Below, piece after piece: positions 1-10,403 of a stretch of DNA of 64,000 nucleotides (the first letter of the stretch is position 1; each line of letters begins with the position of its first letter). The stretch is taken from the NCBI GenBank assembly GCA_963750165.1, contig CAVVPN010000011.1, positions 1,920,001 through 1,984,000 on the forward strand. The letters are read 5' to 3'. Origin of the DNA: an uncultured Gemmataceae bacterium. Lineage in GTDB: Bacteria > Planctomycetota > Planctomycetia > Gemmatales > Gemmataceae. Below the pieces are notes generated by a model. That model was not told the origin of the DNA, ran no database searches, and saw nothing but the letters and a program-made list of their open reading frames with translations. A program made the position numbers and the translations under genes.

Positions 1-3000
1 TCATCTCGATCATGTAAATGTTCTGGTCGTCGCCGAAAATCTCGGTCTGCGGCGGCACGCTCAGCTTCGTCCACAGCACGCCGCCGCGCAACGGATCCAG
101 GACCACCAGGCCCTTCTGCGTCGTCAGCGCCACGTAGGACGCCTCCACGGCGCCGATGTGGCCGACGCGCGTCTTGACCACCATCTGGCCGACGTTGTTG
201 TTGACGACGTACCAGAGCGTACCGTCGTTGTTCTGGTTGAGGTTGTCGGTGATGATCTGGGCGCTTGGGTGCTGGTGTGCCGCGTCCAGGACGCTGTACT
301 TCCAGAGCAGCTGGCCGGCGCCGGCGTCCACGCCATAGACCATCGTGCCCACCTGCACCACCGCCAGATGGCCCTTGGCCTGGTAGAAGCGAAAGCGGGC
401 GTTCGGGTGGAAGGCGGCGTTGCGGTCTGCCTGGTTCAGCAGGTAGTTGAAGAATTGCAAATTGCGCGGCTCGTTGCCCAGACCGAGCCGCCACGCCTCC
501 TTGCCGGTGCTGACATTGACCAGCGCCAGCGCCGGGTTGGCGTAGGGGTAGGTGCCGGGGTGCAGCGTCAGGCGGTGCTGCCGCAGGAACGGCGAGAAGT
601 CGCCGGTAGGCGACAGCGTGAAACCCTGGTAGGGGGTGCCACCCGTGCCCTGCACGACGCGGTGCTTCAGGTCCGTGCGCGCCCACAATACCGCCTCGTC
701 CTCCAGGTGGTTGAGCACGCGCTTGTCCTGGCTGAGTTCGTTGAACAGGTCCTGGCCGGTCTTGCCGTCGCGCACCACCACCTTGCCGAACTCCTCGGCC
801 AGCTGGCGGTAGTAGGCGGCCGACTGCCGCAGAGCCTCATCGCTGCCCTGCTTCAGCGCCTCGGTGCCGGCCTTGCGCTTCTCCAGCCGCGCGAGCATTT
901 CCAGGGCCATGCCGCCGATCTTCGGGTCGGTCCTGAACGCGCCGACACGCAACTGCTGCAGGGCCAGCTCCGCCTCCAGAAAGGCGCCCGGCGTCTTGCG
1001 CGCGGTGAGCACGTCGGCCAACCGCAGCCGGGCGTCGCGGCCTACCTTGAACGGCACGTCGAACATGCCGACGAAGTTGCGAATCTCCTCCAGGTCGTTC
1101 TTGGCCGCCACCTGCGTCCACTCCGCTTCGACCTGTTTCTCCAGGGCGGCGCGCTGCTCCGCCTTGACCTTGTCGCTGGCGAACATGTGACTGATGCGGC
1201 CGCGCAGCCAGACGTTGGTCGGAATCTTGGTCAGCGGGTCTTCCAGCGACGGCACCCCCTCCAGCTTGAACAGCGGCAGGTTGCCGAACGCCCGGTACGC
1301 CTTGAACGCCTCGACCAGGTTGCCCTGCGCCTCGCGGCCCTGACCGATGATGCGCAGCCGGCCCGCCTCGCGGCGCTGCCGATCCTCGTCGTTGGCACCG
1401 AGCTTGCACAACACGGCGTACTCGTCGAGATACTTGACGCTGGCCCGGTCGAAGTCGGTTTCCAGCAGCGAGGTCAGCGCCTCGTACAACTTCTGGTTCA
1501 CCTTGTCGGCCAGTTCCTGCGGCGGCTTCTTGTCGCGGACAATGCGCAGGTCGTTGACCGCCTCCTGCACCTTACCGTCCGCCAACAGCAATGCGCCGCG
1601 CAGGAAACGCTTCTCCAGGTTGTTCGGATCCTTCTCCAGCGCGGCTTTCGCCAGGTTCAGCTTGGCGGTTAGCTGCGGGTAAGCGACGATGCTGGCCGGC
1701 GTCTGCGACAGGACGGCGCCTTCGTAGAAGACGAGGTTGCCGGGCGACGGGTTGTCCGGGCCGACCGGCACGGCGGAGCGGTTGTGCGTGGCCCGGCGGC
1801 GCGGCACGTCGATGGTGAGGATTTCGCCCTTTTGCAACGGCAGGTAATAAATATTGTTGCTGGCGACGCCCTGACCGGAGGGCATGTCGCCGGTGGGCAG
1901 ACTGCCCATCACCGCGCCGTCGGCCAGGCGCAGGAAGCGGACGCTGGTCTTGCCGACGACGAGCACCTGATCCTTGAAGACGCCGGCCAGGAACAGGTCG
2001 TTGTCCTGGCGCGGGTTGTCCCAGACCTTCTCGCCGTCGCGCAGGTTGATGCAGTGAACAGCCTTGGCGTCGGGAGCGGTGAAGACCACCTTGCCGTCGG
2101 CGATGACCGGCGGCGACGCCTTCCAGTTCTCATAGGTCAGGGCCATGGTGCGGTTGCCGTTGCCGCCGAACTTGGTGTCCACCAGCGAGTTCGGCGCCGG
2201 GTCGCCCTGGCGATAGGGGTAGGCCCAGGCCAGGCTGCGCGTCAGCAGATCGACGCCGAAGACGTGGCCGGCGTTGGTCGGGCACACCAGGATGCCCTCG
2301 CCGTAGGCCAGGTGGACGGCGGTGGCGCGGCGGCTGATGTCGTACAGGACGCGGAACTCCTTGCTGACCTTGCCCAGCTCCTGAATCGGCGGGATGACGG
2401 TGCCCTTGTGGGGATCGATGCACACCAGGCGGAGGGTGCCGTCGTTCTTCTCGTTGAGCACGTAGAGCTTGCCGGCGACCGGCAGCGGGGCGCCGAGGAA
2501 GTGGCTGTTGTGGAACGGGTCTTCGGTATCGACTTTCTTGGTATCGAAGCCGAGGCCGAGCCGCCAGGCCAGCTTGCCGGTGTCCAGCTCGAACGCCTGC
2601 AAGTTGTTCCAGTAGACGCGCGGCTTCACGTCCTCGTCGAACTGACCGGTGGGCCGCTGGACGTTGGTCGAGAGGAAGGCGGGCGGGATCGGGATCGCCA
2701 GGTCATCGACGGCGAACACGTACTTGTGGTCGGTGGACAGGGTGCCGACCTTGGTGTTCTCGTACACCAGGTTGATGAAACCGGAGTTCAGGTACGTGCC
2801 GAGCAGCCAGCTTTCGATGTTGGGGCGGACCTGGTTCTTGCCGTTCGGGTCGAACAGGACGCCCAGGCTGCCCTCGAAGGGCGTGGACTTCCACTCGATG
2901 TCGCCGGGCTTGTTCACGGTCCCGTCGGCGTCCTTGGTCTCCTTGAGGAAAACGGTGGTGATGCCGGCGTAAGTGCGGTAAATGAGTCTGCCGTTGGAGG

Positions 3001-4060
3001 TGATCGGGAAGGCGCCCGGCATGATCGCGGCGTTGACCTGACCGCGGTAGGTCTGCAGGGCCTTGTCGATCCACTCCTTGGCGCGCGGCGACGGGTCGGC
3101 GGGGTCGTCCTTGGCCATCTGGTCCATGATGGTGGGCCGCGACCAGAGTTTCTCGTCGAGCAGCGGCGGACTGCCGGTGGCCTGGGCGGTGTTGGTCAGG
3201 TTGCCCCCCACCCAGGGCCGGTCGTGGGGGTTGTTGCTGACGACCACGGCCGGGATGTCGTCGAGCACTTTCTGCAACTTCGCGACGGCGACCACCTCGT
3301 CGCCGACCTTCAGGCCGCCCCCCTTGAGGCGTTTCAGAAGGCGGTTCCAGGCGACCTTGGTATTCTCCAGGTCGCCGGCGCGGCGGTGGGCGAGCGCGGC
3401 CTTGAAGAGCACCAGGTCGCTCAGTTTGGCGCGCTCGTCGCGCAGGCCGAGCAGGCGCTCGAAGTGCAGCGACGCCTTGAAGAACTGGCCGCGGTCGAGG
3501 AAATAGGTCGCCAGCAGTTCGTTGGCCTCAATGCCGGCCTTCGTGTTCATGTAGCGCTGGGCGACCTCGGCGAGCATTTTCACATCGCCCTTTTTCTTGG
3601 CGTCGTTGAGCAGGTCGCGGGCCTTGCCGCCCTTTTCGCGTTCGTAGGTGTCGAGGCCCTTGTCGTCCATGCCGCTGAGCAGGCGGTTGGCCTCGATCTT
3701 GACGCTGACGGAGCGGGTCCGTGCCTCGTTGGTGCGCGGGTCGCGGTGCGTGACCTCAGCGTAGAAGTCCTTGTCACTGTCAAGGATGTTCTGGAGGAAG
3801 ACGATCGCACGCTTGTATTCTGGCGACTTGCTCTTGAGAACAGCGTGGGCGACGGTGATCCACTCCTGATACTGATCGTTCTCGACGAGCTTGATGGCGC
3901 TCCAGACCTTATCGGGGTCCTTGGGGGCGGGCGGCGGCGGCGGCTGCGGTTGCTTGAACTGGCCGGCGGCGGGTTCGGGGGTGCAGAGCAGGGCGGTCAA
4001 AAACGCGGACAGAACCACGACCGCGGCGACGGCCGTGGCAACGCGACGTGTATACATCAT
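1..4060 (-). CDS. Very large secreted PQQ-like beta-propeller repeat / TPR protein (BamB-like family); runs off the left edge, >1350 aa
   Basis: Manual minus-strand translation from ATG at 4060: MMYTRRVATAVAAVVVLSAFLTALLC (signal peptide), then a Pro-rich linker and propeller blades such as NNLQAFELDTGKLAW, FLGAPLPVAGKLYVL, VFGVDLLTRSLAWAY, WKASPPVIADGKVVF and CINLRDGEKVW. Same frame at position 2-4. It is absent from the ORF track because the stop lies outside the window. The + ORFs 158-1672 and 1784-4084 are its antisense shadows. Confidence 0.85.
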   Translation of the reverse strand, partial: MMYTRRVATAVAAVVVLSAFLTALLCTPEPAAGQFKQPQPPPPPAPKDPDKVWSAIKLVENDQYQEWITVAHAVLKSKSPEYKRAIVFLQNILDSDKDFYAEVTHRDPRTNEARTRSVSVKIEANRLLSGMDDKGLDTYEREKGGKARDLLNDAKKKGDVKMLAEVAQRYMNTKAGIEANELLATYFLDRGQFFKASLHFERLLGLRDERAKLSDLVLFKAALAHRRAGDLENTKVAWNRLLKRLKGGGLKVGDEVVAVAKLQKVLDDIPAVVVSNNPHDRPWVGGNLTNTAQATGSPPLLDEKLWSRPTIMDQMAKDDPADPSPRAKEWIDKALQTYRGQVNAAIMPGAFPITSNGRLIYRTYAGITTVFLKETKDADGTVNKPGDIEWKSTPFEGSLGVLFDPNGKNQVRPNIESWLLGTYLNSGFINLVYENTKVGTLSTDHKYVFAVDDLAIPIPPAFLSTNVQRPTGQFDEDVKPRVYWNNLQAFELDTGKLAWRLGLGFDTKKVDTEDPFHNSHFLGAPLPVAGKLYVLNEKNDGTLRLVCIDPHKGTVIPPIQELGKVSKEFRVLYDISRRATAVHLAYGEGILVCPTNAGHVFGVDLLTRSLAWAYPYRQGDPAPNSLVDTKFGGNGNRTMALTYENWKASPPVIADGKVVFTAPDAKAVHCINLRDGEKVWDNPRQDNDLFLAGVFKDQVLVVGKTSVRFLRLADGAVMGSLPTGDMPSGQGVASNNIYYLPLQKGEILTIDVPRRRATHNRSAVPVGPDNPSPGNLVFYEGAVLSQTPASIVAYPQLTAKLNLAKAALEKDPNNLEKRFLRGALLLADGKVQEAVNDLRIVRDKKPPQELADKVNQKLYEALTSLLETDFDRASVKYLDEYAVLCKLGANDEDRQRREAGRLRIIGQGREAQGNLVEAFKAYRAFGNLPLFKLEGVPSLEDPLTKIPTNVWLRGRISHMFASDKVKAEQRAALEKQVEAEWTQVAAKNDLEEIRNFVGMFDVPFKVGRDARLRLADVLTARKTPGAFLEAELALQQLRVGAFRTDPKIGGMALEMLARLEKRKAGTEALKQGSDEALRQSAAYYRQLAEEFGKVVVRDGKTGQDLFNELSQDKRVLNHLEDEAVLWARTDLKHRVVQGTGGTPYQGFTLSPTGDFSPFLRQHRLTLHPGTYPYANPALALVNVSTGKEAWRLGLGNEPRNLQFFNYLLNQADRNAAFHPNARFRFYQAKGHLAVVQVGTMVYGVDAGAGQLLWKYSVLDAAHQHPSAQIITDNLNQNNDGTLWYVVNNNVGQMVVKTRVGHIGAVEASYVALTTQKGLVVLDPLRGGVLWTKLSVPPQTEIFGDDQNIYMIEM

Positions 4061-4157
4061 CACCAGGGATCTCCCGATTCTTAAAAGCGAGTCGGCGGTC
4101 GTGGTGGCGCCGGTGGTGAGGCGGCCGGGCGGAAGCCGTGGGGGCCGGCGGCGGCAA

Positions 4158-4472
4158 TTATTTTCTGATTGTTGCAAAGTACCGGCGCCTTGGCAAGCGT
4201 AATCCCCCTGGGAGGCGCCGATTCGTTGCGGCTGCGGCGCCATCGTTTCGAGCGAACCGGCATCGGGTCAAGGGGTAGACGAACGCTACGCCACGGGTTA
4301 ACAGGAAACCGTGGTGCAGGCGGATGAGCGGGTCCACCAGCCTGGTCGGGACGGCAAACCGCGGCACCGACACGGTGACCGACTTCTGCCCGGCGGTCAG
4401 GTTGAAGCACGACCCGTCGGCCGCGAACCACAGGGCCGTGGGGTTGGTGATCCCGGAGGTCGGCACCGTCAT
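4158..4472 (-). CDS. Small hypothetical protein
   Basis: ORF MTVPTSGITNPTALWFAADG... with GC-rich third positions in its first half; no recognisable motif. Confidence 0.35.
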   Translation of the reverse strand: MTVPTSGITNPTALWFAADGSCFNLTAGQKSVTVSVPRFAVPTRLVDPLIRLHHGFLLTRGVAFVYPLTRCRFARNDGAAAATNRRLPGGLRLPRRRYFATIRK

Positions 4473-4703
4473 GAGCAGGTCGCCGCCGCTAAAGCTGCCA
4501 TCCTCCCGGCATGAAAAAGGAACCATCGCTCATCGACCGGATTTATTTCGATCCGGTGGTGGGCGCCGTTACCGGGAAGAACACGGGCGAATAAGCTAAT
4601 GGAATGAAGTCCGGCGTAACAGCCAGGGATGGTAGCGGGAGTGTCCGTGGCAGCACCCGCCGACGACCCGGGCGGGAAGTGACGCAGCACAAGGAGCCGT
4701 TCC

Positions 4704-5498
4704 ATGAAAATCTGGTTGGCCGCACTGGCGCTCGGCGTCGCGGCAGGCCCGGCGTTCGGCCAGGGGCCGCAGTACCGGGCCGCCGTCACCGCCGCGGCCC
4801 GCGAACTGAACCATGAGATCGACCTCTTCCAGCAGGCCTTTCTCCAGGACCCCAGCCCGCCCGAACAGAACCGCGGCATCTTCAAGCAATCCGAGGGCGT
4901 CCGCCTCGCGTTGATCGTCTTCAAGCAGCAGCTCGGCCGCAACGTGTCGCGCGATGACCTGTACGTCGCCTTCGACAAGGTGGACGGCCAGCTGAAGGCC
5001 CTGCTCGAAGCAGTTGGGCCGATGGAGAAGTGGAACGCCGGCGTCAAGCTGGCGGCGCACCGTCTCCAGGCCGCCGGCCACGACCTGCAGTTCGCCGTCA
5101 CCGGCGGCGACGCCGCCCCCGCCCGCGCCGGCCAGGCCGTGTATCGCCAGACCCTGGCCCTGCTCGCGCGCACCGAGGATTTGCAGCGCGCCGTCAACTG
5201 GGTCTTCACGGAGCGGCCGCCCCTGCAAGCCTGGACCGCCGACGTGACCGTCCTCAGTCGAGCCCTGAAGGCGTTCCAGAAACTGCAACAGGACAAGGCA
5301 CCAGTGGCGGACCTGAAGACGCAGTTCGCCAAGGTGCTCAAGGTCTGGGACGGCATCTACGCCCGCTGGGATGCGTCCGCGGACAAGCTGCTGCTGCAGG
5401 CGGCGGTCGCCGGCGTGGACCGCGGCCTGGACCGGCTGGCGCCGGTTCTCGGCGTCAAGGATCGCCGGCCGCCGCTGAGCCCCAACCTCTTCGATTAG
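4704..5498 (+). CDS. Secreted alpha-helical hypothetical protein
   Basis: AAGGAG Shine-Dalgarno upstream; signal peptide MKIWLAALALGVAAGPAFG; strong GC3 bias. Confidence 0.8.
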   Translation: MKIWLAALALGVAAGPAFGQGPQYRAAVTAAARELNHEIDLFQQAFLQDPSPPEQNRGIFKQSEGVRLALIVFKQQLGRNVSRDDLYVAFDKVDGQLKALLEAVGPMEKWNAGVKLAAHRLQAAGHDLQFAVTGGDAAPARAGQAVYRQTLALLARTEDLQRAVNWVFTERPPLQAWTADVTVLSRALKAFQKLQQDKAPVADLKTQFAKVLKVWDGIYARWDASADKLLLQAAVAGVDRGLDRLAPVLGVKDRRPPLSPNLFD

Positions 5499-5876
5499 CG
5501 CGGTTCGCAGTTGTGTGGAGCACGAACGGCAGGCCAGTGCTCCCGAACCGTCCTGCAAACTGCGCGAGCCGCTCCCAGGCTCGAATCTCGACGTGTGAAA
5601 AAGTTGGCCCCCTTGGCCTCCTTGGCCCCCTTGCTGTGGCAATGCAGGCCGCTGGAGGTCAGCCCGTGCCCGCCGCCACTTGTGCGCAAACCGTGCGTGA
5701 ACCGCTCCAGGATCGAACGAGCAACCCGGCTCAGGTGTCCGAGCCCGGGCTTTTCCATACAATCACGGTCGCTGAGGTGCGGCGCTCGGTTCCGACTATC
5801 CCATCTACCGCACCCGAGCAGAGCAAATGCTGGTTGTCTTGTTGGCAACCTGTCTTCCCCAACCAGGAGGTGCGTC

Positions 5877-6221
5877 ATGCGTTTCGCGTGGAAGGGTGCC
5901 GTGGTGCTGGCCGTGGTGTTGGCGCTGATCGGCGGTGTCGTGATCGGCATCAATGTGTCGCAGCCTGTGGCCGCCCAGCAGGGCGGTGGCGGTGGCGGTG
6001 GCGGCGGTGGCGGCCCGCGGTACTCCGTCGTTCATACCGAGGGCACGAATTTGATCGTGGTCGATAACAAGGTCAACATCATCTATTTCTACACCATCGA
6101 TCCGGACGAGAAGCCCGGGGCGGATCTGATCCTGCGCGGCGAGGCGAACCTGAACCAGGTCGGCAAGGACAAGATCACCCCGAAGCTGATCCACCCCAAG
6201 AAGAAGGAGGGCAGGAAATGA
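5877..6221 (+). CDS. Small membrane-anchored/secreted hypothetical protein with a poly-Gly linker
   Basis: AGGAGG upstream of ATG 5877; hydrophobic N-terminus; a run of about 11 Gly; stop overlaps the next start (ATGA). Confidence 0.75.
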   Translation: MRFAWKGAVVLAVVLALIGGVVIGINVSQPVAAQQGGGGGGGGGGGPRYSVVHTEGTNLIVVDNKVNIIYFYTIDPDEKPGADLILRGEANLNQVGKDKITPKLIHPKKKEGRK

Positions 6222-6583
6222 ACCGCACCCAAGGAATGCTGCTGTTCCTGAGCTGTGCCGTTCTGCTGGCGCTGACGCCAGCGGTGAATGCCCAGTCTAG
6301 CGGCGGTTATGTCGCTTACCGGAACCCCTACACCGGCCAGGTGAGCGCCAGCGGCGGCGGTTACAACCCCTACACTGGCGGCTACAGGCAAGGCGCCGCG
6401 ACGTACAACCCCAACACTGGCGGCGGGGGGAGAACCACCAGCGGTTACAACCCGTACACCGGCAACGACTTCAGCCGCACCGCGGTTCGCAACCCCTACA
6501 CGGGGGGGTACGCCGCCACCACGCAACGCTACAATCCGTACACTGGCGGGTACGGTCAACGCACCGCCGTGTATCGGCGCTGA
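6218..6583 (+). CDS. Secreted Gly/Tyr-rich protein with six 14-aa [Y/R]NPxTG repeats
   Basis: AAGGAGG upstream; signal peptide ending AVNA; six NPYTG/NPNTG units at an exact 14-residue period. Confidence 0.85.
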   Translation: MNRTQGMLLFLSCAVLLALTPAVNAQSSGGYVAYRNPYTGQVSASGGGYNPYTGGYRQGAATYNPNTGGGGRTTSGYNPYTGNDFSRTAVRNPYTGGYAATTQRYNPYTGGYGQRTAVYRR

Positions 6584-6696
6584 GCATGTGGGGGGGATAG
6601 GACGTACAGGACTTCCGCTGTTGTGGCCTGGTCTCCGGACCAGGCCACAACACATTCCTATGCCCCCGCAACGTCAACCTTCAGAAAGACCTCGTC

Positions 6697-7458
6697 GTGG
6701 ATTCCCTGGTCATCGCCGGCATTGCCTTCACCTGCACCTTCGGCGGGGCGGTCCTGGGCATGGTGTTCCGCTCCGCCGTGCCCGGCCACCACCTCGGCGA
6801 CGATTCCAAGGAAATCCTGAAAGTGGCGGCCGGGCTGATCGGTACGATGGCCGCCCTGGTCCTCGGCCTGATGACCGCCTCGGCCAAGAGCGCCTTCGAC
6901 GCGCAGCGCAGCGGCTTCCAGCAGGGGGCCGCCAACTTCGTCCTGCTCGACCGCACGCTGGCGATGTACGGCCCGGATGCGAAACCCGCCCGCGCCCAGT
7001 TGCGCCGCATCGTCGCCGGCCTGCTCGATCGCCTCTGGCCCGCGGACGGTTCGCGGCCGGCGGCGATGGACTCCGCGGAAATCACCGAACTGTCCGCGCC
7101 GCTGTACAAGGCCGTCCGCGAGCTGAAGCCCGCCACGGAGGCAGAGCGCACGCTGCAGACCCAGGCGCTGCAGATCGGCACCGACCTGGGCCGCGCCCGC
7201 TGGCTGCTGAGCCACCAGGACGACGAGTCGATTCCGGTGCCCTTCCTGGCGGTGCTGGGGTTCTGGCTGTTCGTGCTGTTCGTCATCTTCGGCCTGCTGT
7301 CGCCGCGGAACGTCACCGTCGTCATGGTGCTGCTGGTGTGCGCGCTGTCGGTGGCCAGCGCCCTGTTCCTGATCGCGGACCTGGGCTCGCCGTCCCAGGG
7401 GTTGTTCCAGATGCCCGATACGCCGCTGCGCAAGGCGTTGTCGCAGCTCGGGCAGTAA
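6697..7458 (+). CDS. DUF4239 / bestrophin-like membrane protein
   Basis: Four hydrophobic segments; GLIGTMAALVLGLMTASAKSAFD and LDRTLAMYGP motifs recalled for DUF4239. Confidence 0.7.
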   Translation: MDSLVIAGIAFTCTFGGAVLGMVFRSAVPGHHLGDDSKEILKVAAGLIGTMAALVLGLMTASAKSAFDAQRSGFQQGAANFVLLDRTLAMYGPDAKPARAQLRRIVAGLLDRLWPADGSRPAAMDSAEITELSAPLYKAVRELKPATEAERTLQTQALQIGTDLGRARWLLSHQDDESIPVPFLAVLGFWLFVLFVIFGLLSPRNVTVVMVLLVCALSVASALFLIADLGSPSQGLFQMPDTPLRKALSQLGQ

Positions 7459-7492
7459 TCCCGTCTCGCGGACATTTTTGCCTGTTTTTCAC

Positions 7493-7520
7493 TTGTAAAT
7501 TGCGCAACTGGGAATAGCCT
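7493..7520 (+). promoter_or_regulatory. Putative sigma70 promoter of the arylsulfatase gene
   Basis: TTGTAA (7493-7498), 16-bp spacer, TAGCCT (7515-7520), in an AT-rich patch. Confidence 0.35.
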
Positions 7521-7688
7521 GAGAGCGGTGCAGCAAGTCGTTCGGAAGGCGCCCACAGCGTCCCCGCACAATCAGGTCAGTGGGTGACGCACCGCCCCAG
7601 CAGTCCAGTTTGCATGAATGCCCCGGGCTGATGCTCCGTGAGTCGCGTCGGCGAGCGGTGCAGCCCGGCATTTTCACAGGAGGGATGC

Positions 7689-10200
7689 ATGCGCAGGAAA
7701 TGGGAGATACCCCTGTACGTCGCCGTCGGGCTGCTGCTGGGCCTGGGTATCGCGGGCTTCCGCCACGGTATGCTGGACCCTGGTGTCCAGGCTCAGCCGG
7801 GGCCGCTCGCGACCGGGCAGAAGAAGGAGCAGCCCAAGAAGGAACCCGGCGGCGTCTTCTCACCGCCGGGCACGTCCGAGAGCGGTACGGTGGTGCCGGC
7901 GCCGAACAACCCGCCGTTCAAGGGCAAGATCGGCCGCACCATCAGCGAGTCCACGCCCGACTGGCCGCCGCTGGCCCGCGCCCCCAAGGGCGCCCCGGAT
8001 GTGCTGTTCATCGTGCTCGATGACGTGGGCTTCGCGGCGCTGGGCTGCTACGGCTCGCCGGTCGTCAAGACGCCGCACCTCGACAGGCTGGCCCGCGGCG
8101 GCGTGCGCTACAACAATTTCCACACCACCGCCCTGTGCTCGCCGAGCCGGTCCTGCTTCCTGACCGGCCGCAACCACCATTCCAACGCGATGGGCTGCAT
8201 CACCGAGGGCTCGCACGGCTTCCCCGGTTACAACGGACGGGTGCCGCTGTCCCACGGCTTCCTGTCCGAAATCCTGACGCCGTTCGGCTGGACGGCGTTC
8301 GCCATCGGCAAGTGGCACCTGACGCCGGCCGAGGACATGAACCTGGCCGGCAGTCGCAAATGGTGGCCGCTGGGCCGCGGCTTCGACCGCTTCTACGGCT
8401 TTCTCGGCGGCGAGACCGATCAATGGTTTCCCTGGCTGGCCCACGACAACCACTTCGTCAAGGCGCCGAAAACTCCGGAGCAGGGTTATCACTGCATCCC
8501 CGACTTGACCGACAAGGCCAAGGAGTTCATTGCCGATGTCAAACAGGTGGCGCCGGAACGGCCGTACTTCCTGTACTACTGTCCGGGCAGCTGCCACGCC
8601 CCGCACCACGTCCCCAAGGAATGGATCGACAAGTACAAGGGCAAGTTTGACGCCGGCTGGGACGACTATCGTGAAAAAGCCCTGGCCAACCAGATCAAGA
8701 TGGGCATCTGCCCCAAGGGCACCAGGCTGTCGCCGCGCGATCCCGAAGTGAAGGAATGGGCCAAGCTGACCGCGCAGGAAAAAGCGCTGTTCGCCACCGA
8801 GATGGAAGTGTACGCGGCCTACCTGTCGTACATCGACCATAATATCGGCGACCTGCTGACGTTCCTGGAAGAGCTGGGCACGCTGGACAACACCCTCATC
8901 ATCGCCGTGTCCGACAACGGCGCCAGTCCCGAGGGCGGCCCGAACGGCTCCTTCAACGAGAACCTGTTCTTCAACAACGCCCCGCAAACGATTGCCCTCA
9001 ACCTCAAGCACGCCAAACAATGGGGCGGCCCGAGCACCTATCCGCACTACTCGTGGGGCTGGGCACACGCCACCAACACGCCGTTCCGCCGCTGGAAACG
9101 CGAAGTCGCTCGCGGCGGCACCTCGGACCTGTGCATCGTCCACTGGCCGAAGGGCTTCAAGGCGAAAGACGCCATCCGGGAACAGTTCACACACGCCATC
9201 GACCTGGTGCCGACCGTGCTGGACGTGACCAAGATCAAGATGCCGACCTCCATCAACGGCGTGGCCCAGGCGCCGCTGGAGGGCCGGAGCTTCGCCAAAA
9301 CCTTCGACAACGCCAGGGCCAAAATCCCACGGGAAGCCCAGTATTTCGAGATGCTGGGCACGCGGGCCATCTACCTCGACGGCTGGCGGGCCTACGCCCC
9401 CTGGCAGACATTCGGCACGCAGATCACGCCGAAGGACGTGGACAATGCGAAATGGATGCTGTTCAACATCAACGAGGACTTCTCCGAATCGACTGACGTG
9501 GCGGCGCAGTTCCCGGACAAACTGGCGGAGATGAAGCAACTGTGGTTCATGCAGGCCAGCAAGTATCACGTGCTGCCACTGGACGCCGCTGGCGTCGAAC
9601 GGCTGGCGACGCCGCGGCCGCAGATTTCCGGGCCGCGGAGCAAGTACGTCTATTACCCGGGGACGGGTGAGGTGGAGGCGTCCAACGCGGTGGACGTTCG
9701 CAACCGCTCCTACAGCATCATCGCTGACGTGGAGATTCCCAAGGGCGGCGGCGAAGGTGTGCTGCTCGCCCACGGCGGCAGTTTCGGCGGCTACACCTTC
9801 TTCGTGAAGGACGGCACGCTTCGCTATTCCCATAATTACCTGGGGATCGAGGAATACAAGGTGGTCTCGACCGCCAAGATTCCCACGGGCAAGGTCACGC
9901 TGCGGATGGAGTTCACGCGAACCGGCGCCGCCGGACTTCAAGGTGGGCAAGGGCGCGCCGGGGACTGTGAAGCTGTTCATCAATGGCAAGGCCGCCGGCG
10001 CGGGCAAAGTTGCCATCACGTGTCCCATCGCCTACGGGCTCTCCGGCGACGGCCTCTCCTGTGGCAAGGACACCGGCACCGCGGTCAGTGCCGACTACCT
10101 GGGCCGCGAGTTCCCCTTCACGGCCAGGATTTTCCGCGTCGTGGTGGAGATTGGGGACGATCAGCACCCCACGGTGGCGGTGCCCCAGCGTAACGACTAG
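7689..10200 (+). CDS. Secreted arylsulfatase (formylglycine type) with a C-terminal LamG-like domain; one apparent frameshift at ~9927
   Basis: IVLDDVG, LCSPSRSCFLTGR (CxPxR), GKWHL, SDNG. The C-terminus continues in another frame (PPDFKVGKGAPGTVKLFING...FPFTARIFRVVVEI) to TAG 10200. Confidence 0.9.
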
Positions 10201-10230
10201 AGTGGTTCAGGAAGGGCAGGCGCACACGAC

Positions 10231-10301
10231 GTGGCACGGCTCTCCAGAGCCGTGCGGTTTCCACCACGGCTCTGGAGAGCCGTGCCACGGTTTGTGGTCC
10301 A
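10231..10301. repeat. REPIN-like doublet, family A, copy 1
   Basis: Two inverted GTGGCACGGCTCTCCAGAGCCGTG units, each self-palindromic; all 71 bp are identical to the reverse complement of 36234-36304. Confidence 0.9.
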
Positions 10302-10403
10302 CGCGACTGTGAACTGCTCTAAGCGCCGCCAGGCGTAACCATCAGGAGGCCCGGAAGCCCATCGCTTCCGGGCCTTCGTTCGCAACCAGTAGAGGGTGCC
10401 GTC

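Noticed and set aside
158..4084. Long + strand ORFs (504 aa and 766 aa)
   Set aside because: Antisense in-register shadows of the minus-strand propeller gene, a common high-GC artefact.
6310..6560. 42-bp periodic repeats resembling a CRISPR array
   Set aside because: The conserved part is only ~18 bp and varies at synonymous positions; it lies in frame in a signal-peptide ORF, and no cas genes are present.
10197..10312. Shared peptide WHGSPEPCGFHHGSGEPCHG in ORFs here and near 36240
   Set aside because: It is just the translation of the family A DNA repeat, not a protein domain.
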